DNA of 63,087 nucleotides, filler included, from Sarea resinae (taxonomy: Eukaryota), in NCBI GenBank assembly GCA_026026165.1. It is 3 parts of 3 records of this genome, joined end to end, with 100 filler letters (N's around TTAATTAATTAA, not from the genome) between each part and the next. Parts side by side here need not be neighbours in the genome. Positions count along the whole stretch, not along the records: positions 22,435 to 43,720 come from JAPEUD010000132.1; 2 more parts are not named here. The stretch is one strand, 5' to 3'. The translations under genes were made by a program, and so were the position numbers. The first letter of the stretch is position 1, and the number at the start of each line of letters is the position of its first letter. Of this stretch, positions 25,201 to 36,760 are shown piece by piece. Below the pieces are notes generated by a model. It ran no database searches. It worked only from the letters and a program-made list of their open reading frames with translations, and was not told where the DNA came from.

Positions 25201-26385
25201 TTATCTCTCGATGCTGACATCTTTGACGCCATTAAAGTCGTTCAGTCGATGCGCCTTGGCCCACTCTACAATCTTATCCTATTTTCGACACGTATGCGTC
25301 GTACTGCCTGAACTTAGAAAGCGATTGCTCTCTTCGGACCATTGCCAATAGATCGTACTTATATCAGCGTTGCACATCAGGCTTTGCCGGACAGAATCGA
25401 GGCAGTGCTCTAGTTTCGATGGTATGATTGTTAGTATACCCACAGCGTTTGGTTACCATGACAGAGGCACACGAAGTAATGGTGCAGAGGAATGCCAAAT
25501 CAAACGGACGTACCATCGTGTGTCCATCTGTTTTCGGCATCCAATATCTTCTCTGGGTACCTATCAGGATACAGCAGTTTCCTGATCCGGTTCAGGCAGT
25601 GAAGCTGATGAAAAACATCAAGACCGACGACATAATGGCCAGGTTTCTCGGGAATCTCAGCGGTGGCGTTTGGAAGACGCTTGGCATCGGAAGCGGGGAT
25701 CTGGGTGAGGCTGTTATCTGGCACGCAAGGTCAGCAAAAAGTGCCAGAGAACCGTAGCAGGGTTGTCGTCATGAAGCGTATAAGGTGCGATTGTGTTAGT
25801 CCGTGAGGGGTGTATAGGATCAAAAGACAGCTTACGATTGTAGAGAGCCAGCCATGCTGCATCGCCTTCGTCTGACGGTGGACCCAAGTAAGGTGTCTTC
25901 CGAGGGCCATTCCTAGACGAAGGTTATTCAGCTTAGGATGTCGTGTGGTTGGAGGTGAGTTTTGTAAACTCGTCAGACTAACCTTTCTACCCCAAATCCC
26001 GAGTTGAAGACCACCGTCTCGTACTCGATAGCATCTTGAGCAGGAGCTGCCGGTGTGATGTTATAGTCTTGTAACGTTTCGGAATAGATTCAATGACAGA
26101 CTCACAGTACACATCGCTGGGCCACGGTGGGAGCGGAGATGATGGCCGCCGTGCTTTGATGAGCAGAAATGTACATATGCCCAGCAACACACAGTTCAAG
26201 ACGATGGAGAACGAGGAGAGGGTGGCATGCAAGCTTCGTCTCTTGCCCGGTGCAGGGAACGATGATGAGCTTTCTTCCTCTCCAACAACATTGCCATCGT
26301 CTTCGTTCTCAACATCTCTGAGAAGGCCTTCATTCGACAGTCTGGGCTCAACAGCTTCGTACTTTTGCTCTTCGTCAAAGACCAT
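25201..26385 (-). CDS. UstYa-like / DUF3328 oxidase, 5 exons; in-frame TAG at 25279-25281, 25 codons before the terminal TAA
   Basis: N-terminal TM helix (FSIVLNCVLLGICTFLLI), VYSPAQDAIEYETVVF, PYLGPPSDEGDAAWLALY, LDVFHQLHCLNRIRK (HxxHC-1), THDEHCLDSVRQSLMCNAD (HxxHC-2), THTCRK*DKIVEWA. GT-AG introns keep the frame. Confidence 0.9.
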
Positions 26386-27761
26386 GATTGCTAGAGAAAG
26401 CGGCAATTGTCGATGCGAGCAAAGGAGAACTGTGGCCGGCTCAGTGGGAAGGTGGTGAGGAAGAGGAGGAAGACTGAACTGTGCACCATTTTCCCTGATT
26501 ACTTGATATAAGGCAGTCCGGCCTTTGCCCGTGGACACCCTTGATTCCTCTGCAGAGAACGACCCATGGAATGACGCTGCATCACTATTTTGATAGTGAT
26601 GCTGGTGATATCCGTATGCATGTCAGACGGCAAAACAGGCTTCTCACGCATTGTAGACGACGTGCTGATTGACATACATCTTTCGTATATGCGAAGAATT
26701 GAGTGGTAAGAAGCGAGGTCAAGGGCTGGCGGGACGCCTTATCTGTCGATTGATTGGGGAACGTCAATGAACGTCCAGCATGCTGATTTTTGTACGACGA
26801 TACCTGACGTATCAAAGGAGTGTTGATCTCAACGGTCGGTCTGCATCGAGGCCCAAGCTCGACAAATACCCCGCAATGTCAACCACGGATGCAGGGCGGT
26901 CTTAGCAGCTGCACCAGTCACCGAGCCCTGAACGCCTTTCGTATTAGGCCTTCAGCCCGAAACACCTTGCGCATCATGCATACCACCTCATGAATTCGAT
27001 TCGTGCTACACCACACTAGTTCCCGCGGACCCCAAAGCTTGTCTATACGACCCGTCTTTGCGAGCCGAGTCAGATGTCGAAAAGCTTCAATCTACGGCGG
27101 GACACCTGTATGGCTATCTCAATCTATCGAATACAGGGGTCCACCTGCAATTGAAACTGCGATGCAGATTTAGAGGCGTGCTCCTCATAAAAGAATGGAG
27201 CTCGCGAGACACAAGACGGGGACGCCGATAGGCATTTCGGGGGCGCCGATAGGAAGAGGATGTAGAGCGGTCTAGAAGAGGCCGAATGAGGAGACGGCAT
27301 GCTCTCCGCTGCTCCCTTCTCCCGAGGTGAGGTAGAACGATTAAGGCCCGCAGAATCCTGCCTTGTGACCTCGGATTCGACCTCGTCAGGGCCTTTAGAA
27401 TCAATGGCTATGTCAGACTCTGTCACTTGCATCGTGCGGAGATACTAATGGACTGCTGCAGGGAGCATGGTATCTGCAGCGTAGAAACAGGGTTATCTTT
27501 GCAACTACCTTGAACGTAGCTTGCAAATGTTCACCTCATCGGGCATGTAGATCAAACGCTGAAAGCTTGATGGCTCGAGTGACCGACAGAATCATATAAG
27601 AGGATTGGAAACCTCGAAGATAACCCAGGGTCACATTCTAAAACCGAAGCCTGGATACAACTCACTTCCGCGCCTTGATAGAAATTGACAGCTCGCCGTT
27701 GATCCTACCTGGGCTATTTGAATCAGCTCCTTCCAATCTAGCCAGCCTACCAATATCCACA

Positions 27762-28165
27762 ATGCGTCTCTCAATTCTCACTGCGGCCGCTTTCGTGGTC
27801 CCGCTCCTAGCTGCTGCCATTCCTCCAGGTTAGTTTACCCTCGCAACTCCGAATAGACGAGAGAGAAATTTGAGACTCCGCGTTCAGGAGATTCGATGAA
27901 GAGAGAAGTGGGAGAAACCAATGAGTGGTTCGACACCGATAGCTGGGTGAAACCCGAGAAGAGGGGCGTGGAAGAAACCAACGAATGGTTCGACACCGAC
28001 AGCTGGGTCAAGCCCGAGAAGAAGGTCAAGAGAGACGTGGAAGAGACCAACGAGTGGTTCGACACCGACAGCTGGGTCAAGCCCGAGAAGAAGGTTAAGA
28101 GAGACGTGGAAGAGACCAATGAATGGTTTGACACCGACAGCTGGGTCAAGCCGGAGAAGCATTGA
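27762..28165 (+). CDS. Secreted Kex2-processed repeat peptide precursor (putative fungal RiPP precursor), 114 aa, 2 exons
   Basis: Exon 1 (27762-27828) encodes signal peptide MRLSILTAAAFVVPLLAAAIPP. Intron 27829-27887 (GTTAGT...CAG) joins in frame to GDSMKR, then four KR-delimited repeats containing ETNEWFDTDSWVKPEK. Confidence 0.9.
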
Positions 28166-28770
28166 TGACCCCTAATTCCAAGCAATACGGCCGGCCCAAC
28201 AGACTTGACAGATGGGAACACCTGCCGCGCTGGATTGAGAACGGACAGAGGAGCTACAGGAAAGCGAAGGCAAAGAGGGTGGTGGAATGGGTATTTTGAC
28301 GTTAAGCTTGTGCTCGGATTGTTTTCCCGATGAGGCAAACAAACCAATGATGCTACTGTGCTTCCTGCTTTGTCTTTCTTTGAAGCGCATTTACAATACT
28401 CTCATTACTACCGATATCGGGCAGAAGTCACACCCAAATGCCTCGATTTGGAATTTCAGAGGCGAGCTTGTTAGTGAATGTATGCAATCAATCTGATTAT
28501 GAATTGTAGCAGTGATCTATTTACCAGAACCACAGCCACGGATATTCTGAAAAATCCGGCCAAGCAAACGCGCCAGAAAGATACTAACAAGCTGCTGCTG
28601 CTCAGACGATCGAAGGTCGGAGTCATCAAGTTCCCTTCTTCACTTCTGTGATGACTTCGAAGCACATCGGCGGCCTGGGCGCCTGTTAGACCAGGCACAG
28701 GCCTAGCCGTGTCTCCAGATTTTCTACTTTTTTCCCTCCCCGCGCTTGGCCTCTAGGCCGCGTTCGTCTC

Positions 28771-30272
28771 TTAGGCTTCTGCCATCTCACTCCGGAGAGT
28801 AGCCGCTTGCTTTCGAAGCAAGTTGCCGAACTGTCCAAACTTCTGGTCGTCCTCGTCGTTGTCCTCGTGCTCGTACTCGTCCAGTGTGGCACGACCGGAC
28901 GACTTGCGATACAGGGACAACAGTGTAGAAAGATACAGCTCCTTAAGATAGGCGAAGCTGAACCCATCTGTGACAGATGCTACCTGCTCCGGTACGGCTG
29001 CGGAAACATCCACTGAGGGTTTGGGGAGCAGTTTATCACTATAAGACGGTCAATTATCGTCGCGGCCTGGAATCAGAATAGCCAAACTTACTTCCACACT
29101 TGACAATAGCGCTGGCGCTGCTCGAATGCTGGAGTGTTGAAGCGATATTTGCGATCGAATCGACTCGGACGTTTCGAGAGGCCGGGATCAAGCTTGTCTA
29201 AATGGTTGGTGGTCCCTATCACGAGGATCCCATTGTTGTCCTCGAGTCCGTCGAGCTCATTCAGAAAGTCACTGCGGACCTCATCTGAGATGAGGCTATC
29301 GATGTCCTCTAGCAGCAGCATGCATGGGGCCGTCTGCCGCGCCATGCTGAAGATGGCTTCAATCGACATCTGCTCAATACCACTCATCTGTGCCAGGGAC
29401 TTGACAAAGAGAGTGGGGATCGGCTCAGGACGTGCCATGAGCGTCTTCATAAGCACCTTCAAGGTCATCGTTTTACCGTTACCAGGAGTACCGTGGAAGA
29501 TAAGGCCGCGCTGTAGGCCGTCAGTATAGCCAATCACAAAAGTCTAAGAGAAGGAGCAGCTAACCTTCCAGGGCGCACCAAACTCTGCATATTGATCTTT
29601 TGCGTCGAAGAAACCTTCCACATCTCTGGTAATGTCGCTCTTCGTCTTCTCCTCCAAGATGATGTCCTCGTACTTGGAGTCTTCGACGGACCGCCAGAGA
29701 TCCGTGTCCGTATACCAATTACCGTTCTTGAAAACCCAGACCGCTTTATCGCTCTTATTCTCCCACGTGCCTACGGCGAGGACCAGTGCCTCGATTGACT
29801 TGCTTATGGGACCACCTGCCGGCTCGCCCTCTTCTGGCTTGCACAGGACATATGTCTGCTGCATGGGGTTACCGCAATTGTCGACGGAGACGACATAAAC
29901 CTCGAAATGATGACCCTGCCAATCGTAGTCGTACCGACCGAAGATGACATTACCGCGAACCGTGCCGAGAGCATCTTTCCCCAAGACTCGACGGTCTGGA
30001 AGTCGGTATGACCAGGAGTGCAAAATCGGAGAGTCATGGACGAGTTTGGCGGTGGCGTGGCCGGCCTCGGCGTATTTGACGAGATCACTGCTGCATGTCG
30101 TGACGTAGTGGTCGGGATATTTCTCGCGCAGAGCAGTCAAGAAGACAGCGTTGCTTTGGACTAGCTGAGCAGAGGTGTGCTCGCGATACAAGTCGTAGAT
30201 CTGTCTCTGACGGGTGGGTATTGGCTGGGAGCCAACCTCTGTGCCAGCCATGGTGTCTCTGTTCTCGGGCAT
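28771..30272 (-). CDS. Single-module AAA+ ATPase (fungal accessory type), 3 exons
   Basis: Walker A GTPGNGKT, Walker B LLLEDID, sensor GTTNHLDKLDPGLSKRPSRFDRKY, lid TDGFSFAYLKEL. ORFs 29544-30275, 29088-29537 and 28771-29013. Confidence 0.88.
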
Positions 30273-31386
30273 CAAAAGTATTCGAGTGGTGTATAAGGTA
30301 TGTAGCGGTCTCTGGGGAGCGGATCTATCTAGTGGAGGTTCAGGAGCACTTGAGGGGCTCTCTTGCTATCTTTATATCTATCTCTGTAGCGACAGGCAGA
30401 AGCCTTCATGCCAGCTGTGGCCAGCCAGGCATCGCACGACACAGCTCCATCGTCTCATTGCTTCCGGTGGTTGCCTGTCCGTGCCACCGTGGCCACCATG
30501 CCGGCACGAAGATCACGGCTGCTGCCTGACGCCCTTCCTAGCGCCTTTCTGTCAACACCTGGCGATTGGCGATATCATTGAGGGGCGGGCAGATAAACAG
30601 CTAGGCAGCTGCGGTCTGGATCGAATGGAACGTTGTGGCCATTGGCATTGGCTCTCTACTGCGCATAGGTAGGTAGTATGCCTTACTGCGCGTGGTATGG
30701 CCATTGATCGTCCGAAGCGACTCAAGCGAGAGCAAATTTTGGTCACCACGTCCACAACTCTAAGATGCCGGACCTGTCGAACAAAGCGCTTGAATGTTTA
30801 CATACTCTGCCATGGTCGTCACGTTTCGTATCTGGCACCAATGCACGCAGACAGCCTTCTCTCTACTTCAGTATGCGATTGATGTTTCATACCTGGATTG
30901 CAGTATCTCGTGTACAAACACGCCAACATGAGGGACTACTTCAATCATCTCGGTCCACTCTATCAGAGAAGAATTGCTTGTCATGTTTGCCTTCGATTCG
31001 CGGTAGAAGCTGTCTTTCCAGATGATTGAAAGGAACGTCTGATTAGATGCATAAATACCGAGCAGACCACACGGGGCGGTATGGTACTCCATGGTTATCT
31101 CGTGAAGGCCTCAGCCACCGTGCTGTAGTGATTGCGTTCTTGCATCCTCTTGTATTCACACACCAACTCTCAAGCACACCGAACACAAAAGAAGCCCACC
31201 AGAGAGCCTTCTAGCTTCTAGGTATCAACAATGGCTGACCATGCCTCTGTCCATTCACTCTCAGCCCAATCGGCTGGACCTGCACTCATCATTGTCATGT
31301 CTATCCCCTTCTGCCAATTCAGGCTCGGCCTTCCACCTCATCTTCACATATTAGAAGCCACGCCACCATCTCTTCCGTTCAACGAA

Positions 31387-33952
31387 ATGGCGACTGATAT
31401 GAAGCCTTCGATGCAGACATCCAACGAATGTCCTCCACCGCCGGAGACCATGACCAGCAAAGTCGATCCATCTGTTCGCTCGGTCGGCTCGTCTGGCCTT
31501 GCCGACCCGATCTTGCTCGATCGGATCGATCAACTCTTCGCCTGCAACGTGGGCGAGTACATCGATCTCCCTCAGCTAGTCGTCGTTGGAGATCAGTCGA
31601 GTGGTAAGAGCTCAGTCCTGGAGGGGCTTACCAATCTCCCATTCCCACGCGACAGCGGACTCTGCACTAGATTTGCCACCCAGATCACATTCCGTCGCTC
31701 TAGTCAAACACGCATCGCCATGTCCATCATGCCTGCCCGAGGTGCCAGCCAAGAGCACACGGAGAAATTGCAGTCGTGGAAGAAGTCTGACATGCCATCG
31801 CTCGACGCGAGCTCTTCCCTGACTATCATGACTGAAGTAAGCTATTGTGCCGTTTTTCCCTAGTGACGGTGCTGATGCAAGATGCAGGTGCAAAACATCA
31901 TGGGTCTGGCAGATAAAGGCACCACAAGCACTTTCTCTGAAGATGTCCTGCGCCTTGAGATCTGTGGACCCCAGGAAGAACATCTCAGCGTCATCGATGT
32001 ACCGGGAATCTTCAAGAAGACGACTCCTGGTCTTACAACGAAAGCCGACATCGGCTTGGTCCGCAACATGGTTCATACGTACATGAAGAATCCAAGATCA
32101 GTCATGCTCGCTGTTGTGCCAGCCAATGTCGATATAGCTACTCAAGAGATTTTAGACATGGCTGAAGAAGTTGACAAGGAAGGTGTTAGAACGCTAGGGG
32201 TCTTGACGAAACCAGATTTGGTTGACAAAGGGGCAGAAGCAGCTGTGACCGATCTCATTAAAGGCAACAAGCACCAGTTGAGGCTCGGATGGCATCTGGT
32301 TCGAAATCTCGGCCAGCGCCAGCTTTCGGATGCATCTCATGACCGTCTATCTCTTGAGAGGCACTTTTTTGCGTCTCAGAGTCCCTGGAACACATTGGAA
32401 AAGGAGAAGATCGGAGTTCATTCCCTCCGCACCCGATTGCAGGAGATCCTAGCCAACCACATTCGTCGAGAGTTCCCAAAGGCAAAAATAATTCCATCTC
32501 CGTTCCAAATCTGACTCTGATCTTATGACGATAGGTGAAATCCGAAATCAACAAGAAATTGAAAAATAGCCGACAGACTTTGCAGAAGCTTGGGGCGAAA
32601 CGCGAAACACAAGCTCAGCAAACTCAGTACCTACTTCTGATTGCTACAGAATTTCAGCACCTAACTTCGTGCGCTCTCAATGCAAGTTATGGGAGCCACA
32701 CCGTCTTTGATGAGCACCAAGATCTGAAGCTGGCTACAGCTGTGATGAATCGAAATGAGCGACTGTCGAGGGTGATGGAACACAGTGGCCATACTTTCCA
32801 ATCTGGCTCGGGGGGGTTCAACGACGGCAACCCAGTGGCGGTGACCAAATCAAAAGTTCCTCCTGAAGCTGCCTCAGAGGAAGATATGAGCGATGTTTCG
32901 GGCTCTCCCGAACCTATCACCAAGAACGGTACCCACAATGCTCTGAAAGTCGAGGTGCGACTAGTGAATGACCATCGCGATCTGAGAGATATCTTATATC
33001 CCTTTGAGATACTTAGCGGTCCCAGAAACGACAGTATTCTTCTCTTTGGTTCAAATATGTGTACCAGACATCTCGTGGATTTGAACTTGGCACGTTCGAC
33101 TCGAGGCTTCTGGCTATCACAATGAAAAGGCAATCCGCAAACTGGGATGGGATAGCGCTTGGGTATATCAGCGACATCATTGCCATTGTGCACCATTTTA
33201 TCCATCATATGCTTGAGGTCGTTTGCCCAAATGACCGGGTTCGAGCCTCGTTACTGTCGATACTCACCGACAGCCTCATCGAGAAGTATAAGACGGCCCT
33301 CCAGTACGTACATTTTATCTTGAGAGTCGAGAGATACGGAACTCCTGGGACAGTGAATCACTATTTCAAAATATTTAAAATATTACAATTAAACCTTAAA
33401 TAGATAAAAAAAAAGAATTCTCAAATGCAAATGTAATTAATTATAAGCCGAGCAGATCATTTTATTTTATTTTAATTTTTAAATTTTTACGAAAACCTTC
33501 AAAAGTGGTAAGGGCGAGCCTATCTTGGTGCTATCATCATGCTGATAAGTTTCTCTAGCCGTCAGCGACGAATACGTGAGGCCGCAGACTCCTACCGCAA
33601 AACTCGGCCTGGGGCTGTCATCAGTGTCGATGACCTCGCATCGAGTCTTTCATTGAGTCTCTCGATGAGTAATGCTGATCATGTCGTTCACGACATTCAC
33701 GATATCCTTAGAGCGTATTACAGAGTCGCTCGCAAGCGTTTTGTTGATAACGTCTGCATGTATGGAGCAGACTACCATTTAGTAACATGGCCTGACACAC
33801 CACTGAAGTTCTTTTCGTCGGTGTTCATCACCTCAATGACTCAAGCGGAACTCGAAGATGTTGCTGGGGAGGATGCTATGGTGAAGCGTCAACGGGCTGC
33901 TCTTGAGAAGGAGATTCGCGATCTTGAAAACGGTCGGAAGATTCTGATCTAG
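31387..33952 (+). pseudogene. Mx/dynamin-family GTPase with GED, disrupted by a frameshift (~33045) and a 120-bp insertion (33369-33488)
   Basis: LPQLVVVGDQSSGKSSVLE (G1), LCTRF (G2), IDVPG (G3), LTKPD (G4), YQTSRGFELGTF, and GED AYYRVARKRFVDNVC. The frame changes at ~33045 and the NHYFNENLQK motif is split by AT-rich DNA. Confidence 0.82.
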
Positions 33953-34309
33953 CCCGGCCTTCTTCCCATGACTTTGAATTTCTACGTGTAATCTGAATCC
34001 AATGGGTTGCGATCTCATCAATCATTTTTTTTGAACTTTGTCAAAGAGTGATCCGCGTACATGTATGTACCTACTATGTAAGAGGACAATAATTTCGACA
34101 CAAAATGTTGTCATTGCGTGTCGTGGCTAGCCGAGTCAGAGCGAGCCGAGCCGAGATAATGCCATGGGCGCCTAAAGGACCCTGAGACATGGTATCATGA
34201 TATCCATCGGCCAATCTTGTCAACCATCGTAACTACCTCAAAAGATTCCAGACGCCATCTTAGACTTGCGGACGAAAACCTCTTCTTTAAAGATCGCGAT
34301 CGCCGCATC

Positions 34310-35497
34310 ATGGGCATCCTGCCAGCTCTGCTCAAAATCACTTTCTTTGCCGTGGCGATCCCCACGACCATCTACTTTAGTGTCCTCGGGCTGCTGGTCA
34401 CCGTCCCGGCCCTTCAAAACCACGTCTTCTACCTCCACCGCGTCACCCTGACCTGGTTCAGAGATCTCAACGTGCCCGAGAGCTTTGGCTTCCTACCGAA
34501 TCAAGTCACTCCCTTCCCTATCAGGACGGCCGACGGCGAAACCCTGCACGCCTGGCACGTCCTTCCACTCGATCTATATCGCCATCACCAGAGAGAGCTG
34601 CTGGCTCAGCCTTCCGGTTTCGCCCCCGACATCAGCTCTCGCCTCAATTTCCAACTCTTGCGCGATGATCCCGACGCGCGCCTCGTTATATATTTTCATG
34701 GCACAGCGGGCACACTCGGCTCAGGCTGGCGACCTGACAGCTATCGCGCGCTTTACTCCGCCGCACCCGAAAAGATCCACATCCTGACGGCCGACTACCG
34801 GGGCTATGGACGGAGCAGCGGCACACCGTCCGAGGAGGGGCTTTTGCTCGACGCCATCGCCATCACGGAATGGGCTATCAAGGTTGCCGGCATTCCCGCC
34901 TCACGCATCGTCGTCTTCGCCCAATCCCTCGGCACCGCGGTCGCCATCTCCACCGTGCGCCACTTTGCCATACAATCGCCCCCGGTCTCGTTCGCGGGCC
35001 TGGTGCTCGTTGCGTCCTTTCCCGACGTTGCAACACTGCTGGGCACATACCGCGTGGCAGGCGTCATACCCGTGCTATCGCCGCTGAGCCGCCTCCCACG
35101 GTTGCTGGGCTTCTTCACTGGCTTTCTGACCAACACGTGGCGAAGCGACCATCGCATTGCTGAATTCGTGCGGCGCAGCGAAAAATACCACGTCACGTTC
35201 ATTCACGCGGCGGACGATGCCGATATCCCATATATACATACCGAGGACTTATATTGGCATGCTGTCAACGCGACGACTACCACAGGCATGAGCTACGAGG
35301 AGCTAGAGCAGGAGAAGGCCATGAAGAGGACAGACTTGGGCCCTGGTGGGTCCGTCATGGAGTGGCAGACCAGCAAAGGTGTGATTAGAGAGGAGATACC
35401 CAAGTATGGAGTACATGACAGAGTCATGGCATATCCTGTGACCGCGCTGGCCGTGCTACGAGCGTTCCAGGATGCAGATCCAGAGTTTGCCAATTGA
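34310..35497 (+). CDS. Alpha/beta hydrolase, ABHD12/Bem46-like membrane-anchored lipase
   Basis: N-terminal TM helix, IRTADGETLHAWH, YFHGTAG, DYRGYGRSSGTPSEEGLLLDA, nucleophile elbow AQSLGT, IHAADDADIP (Asp), GVHD (His). Intronless. Confidence 0.9.
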   Translation: MGILPALLKITFFAVAIPTTIYFSVLGLLVTVPALQNHVFYLHRVTLTWFRDLNVPESFGFLPNQVTPFPIRTADGETLHAWHVLPLDLYRHHQRELLAQPSGFAPDISSRLNFQLLRDDPDARLVIYFHGTAGTLGSGWRPDSYRALYSAAPEKIHILTADYRGYGRSSGTPSEEGLLLDAIAITEWAIKVAGIPASRIVVFAQSLGTAVAISTVRHFAIQSPPVSFAGLVLVASFPDVATLLGTYRVAGVIPVLSPLSRLPRLLGFFTGFLTNTWRSDHRIAEFVRRSEKYHVTFIHAADDADIPYIHTEDLYWHAVNATTTTGMSYEELEQEKAMKRTDLGPGGSVMEWQTSKGVIREEIPKYGVHDRVMAYPVTALAVLRAFQDADPEFAN

Positions 35498-36760
35498 ATG
35501 TACGTAGGTCTACAACAGTCTACTCCGTACTGCTATCTTTCCCGGGCTAAATGTGTCAGCCTACATTTCGCGATGTTTCAATGATTAACCTTGCGGGCTT
35601 TTCGAAGCAGCTAAGACCCTACTAGTCGGAATCCCTCTTGTTTCAAGGGTTCAGGGCCGCCAGGCGGTCCGGGACATAGACTTTGGGCCGAGCTGTCGGA
35701 CCTAGATGATGACTTTTCCCCGTTGCGGGGAGCTCAGCTGCGGCCGGCTTTCATCTAGCGCTAACTTTGAGTCTGAGAAAGTGGCGCCGGCCGCCAGATG
35801 ATGCTAGCATATATCCGGAGCTGGGTACCTACCTGTCTACAACGGCGGCCGTGTGAACATCAACATCAATGCAAGCCGTGCGCAAGTCATGCAAGCCATT
35901 TATACGCAGCAATCTCAAAGCTAATTCGCTTTCGCACATCCAAGTCCAACAACCCCCATAGCTAACAGTCAACAACGCTGGAGCCGGTGTGCTCGAGTCG
36001 CTTGCTATCAGTATCGCAATCGCAATATGGAACAAACACGCGACCAGGGGCCTGGTGACGGCGGCGGAGGACCGAGGACCGAGGGCGATTCGCAACAGTT
36101 CATACCAGGCCCGCGGCATGTCTTCCCCTGTGCTCTCTGGCTATGCGCTGCCGGTTGACCCCCAGAGCTTGCCGGCCCGCGAGTCCTTCCTGCCAGACGG
36201 CCTTCAGCAAGCTGCCCACCCGCGAGACCGGTGCACCGCCAGTGAGGCACCGGGCGAGATGGCGCAGCCCAAAGGACTCTACGGCTGCCGCGCTCGTCAC
36301 AAACACCAGCATGACATCCCGCCGCGATAGGAGGGCAGCGAGCTCTAGCCATGCCTGCGCGTTGACGGAGAGACCGTCCAACGCTGTTCAGCCGGCCGGA
36401 TCAGCCGGCCGGGCTCTTGGATGGCCTCGCCCAGCGGCACAAACGAGGCCAACTCTCTGTCCGCCGGGAGCGGCATCGGGCCCGCGAAGTCGAAGTTGAA
36501 GCCGGCGGTTGCCGGGGTTCTCCTGATGGCTATGTTCCAGGCCCTGATCCCGCCCGTGTCCGGCTGCCCTCTCGCCGTGAGGTACCTTTCCAGAACCATT
36601 TGGATCTCGGCCCGAACCTGGGATTCGCCTTGGGCGAGGAAGTCCCCTCTGTGACGGTCGATAACGACCCATTGGCGCTGCTTCTGCTGACATTGAAGCC
36701 ATTTGCAGACAAATCGGCCCTGGTCCGGCGACTGGGGTCCGGTACGGGGTGGGATCAGAA

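Noticed and set aside
27896..28165. Periodic 54-63 bp repeat as a CRISPR array
   Set aside because: Eukaryotic locus with no unique spacers; the repeat is codon-phased with synonymous variation, so it is protein coding.
27762..28165. Alpha-factor-type mating pheromone precursor
   Set aside because: Also Kex2-processed, but it lacks the Cys-containing WC...C pheromone pattern and XA/XP Ste13 dipeptide spacers, and it is adjacent to a DUF3328 gene. Not formally excluded without a search.
27835..28347. Repetitive minus-strand ORFs (170 aa, 92 aa)
   Set aside because: Antisense shadows of the repeat precursor.
34310..35497. ABHD hydrolase as the RiPP-trimming peptidase
   Set aside because: It resembles membrane lipases (ABHD12/Bem46), lies 6 kb away behind unrelated genes, and there is no positive evidence.
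35829..36760. Many overlapping GC-rich ORFs
   Set aside because: No recognisable motif; expected from high GC. May be a degenerate gene tail but cannot be supported.
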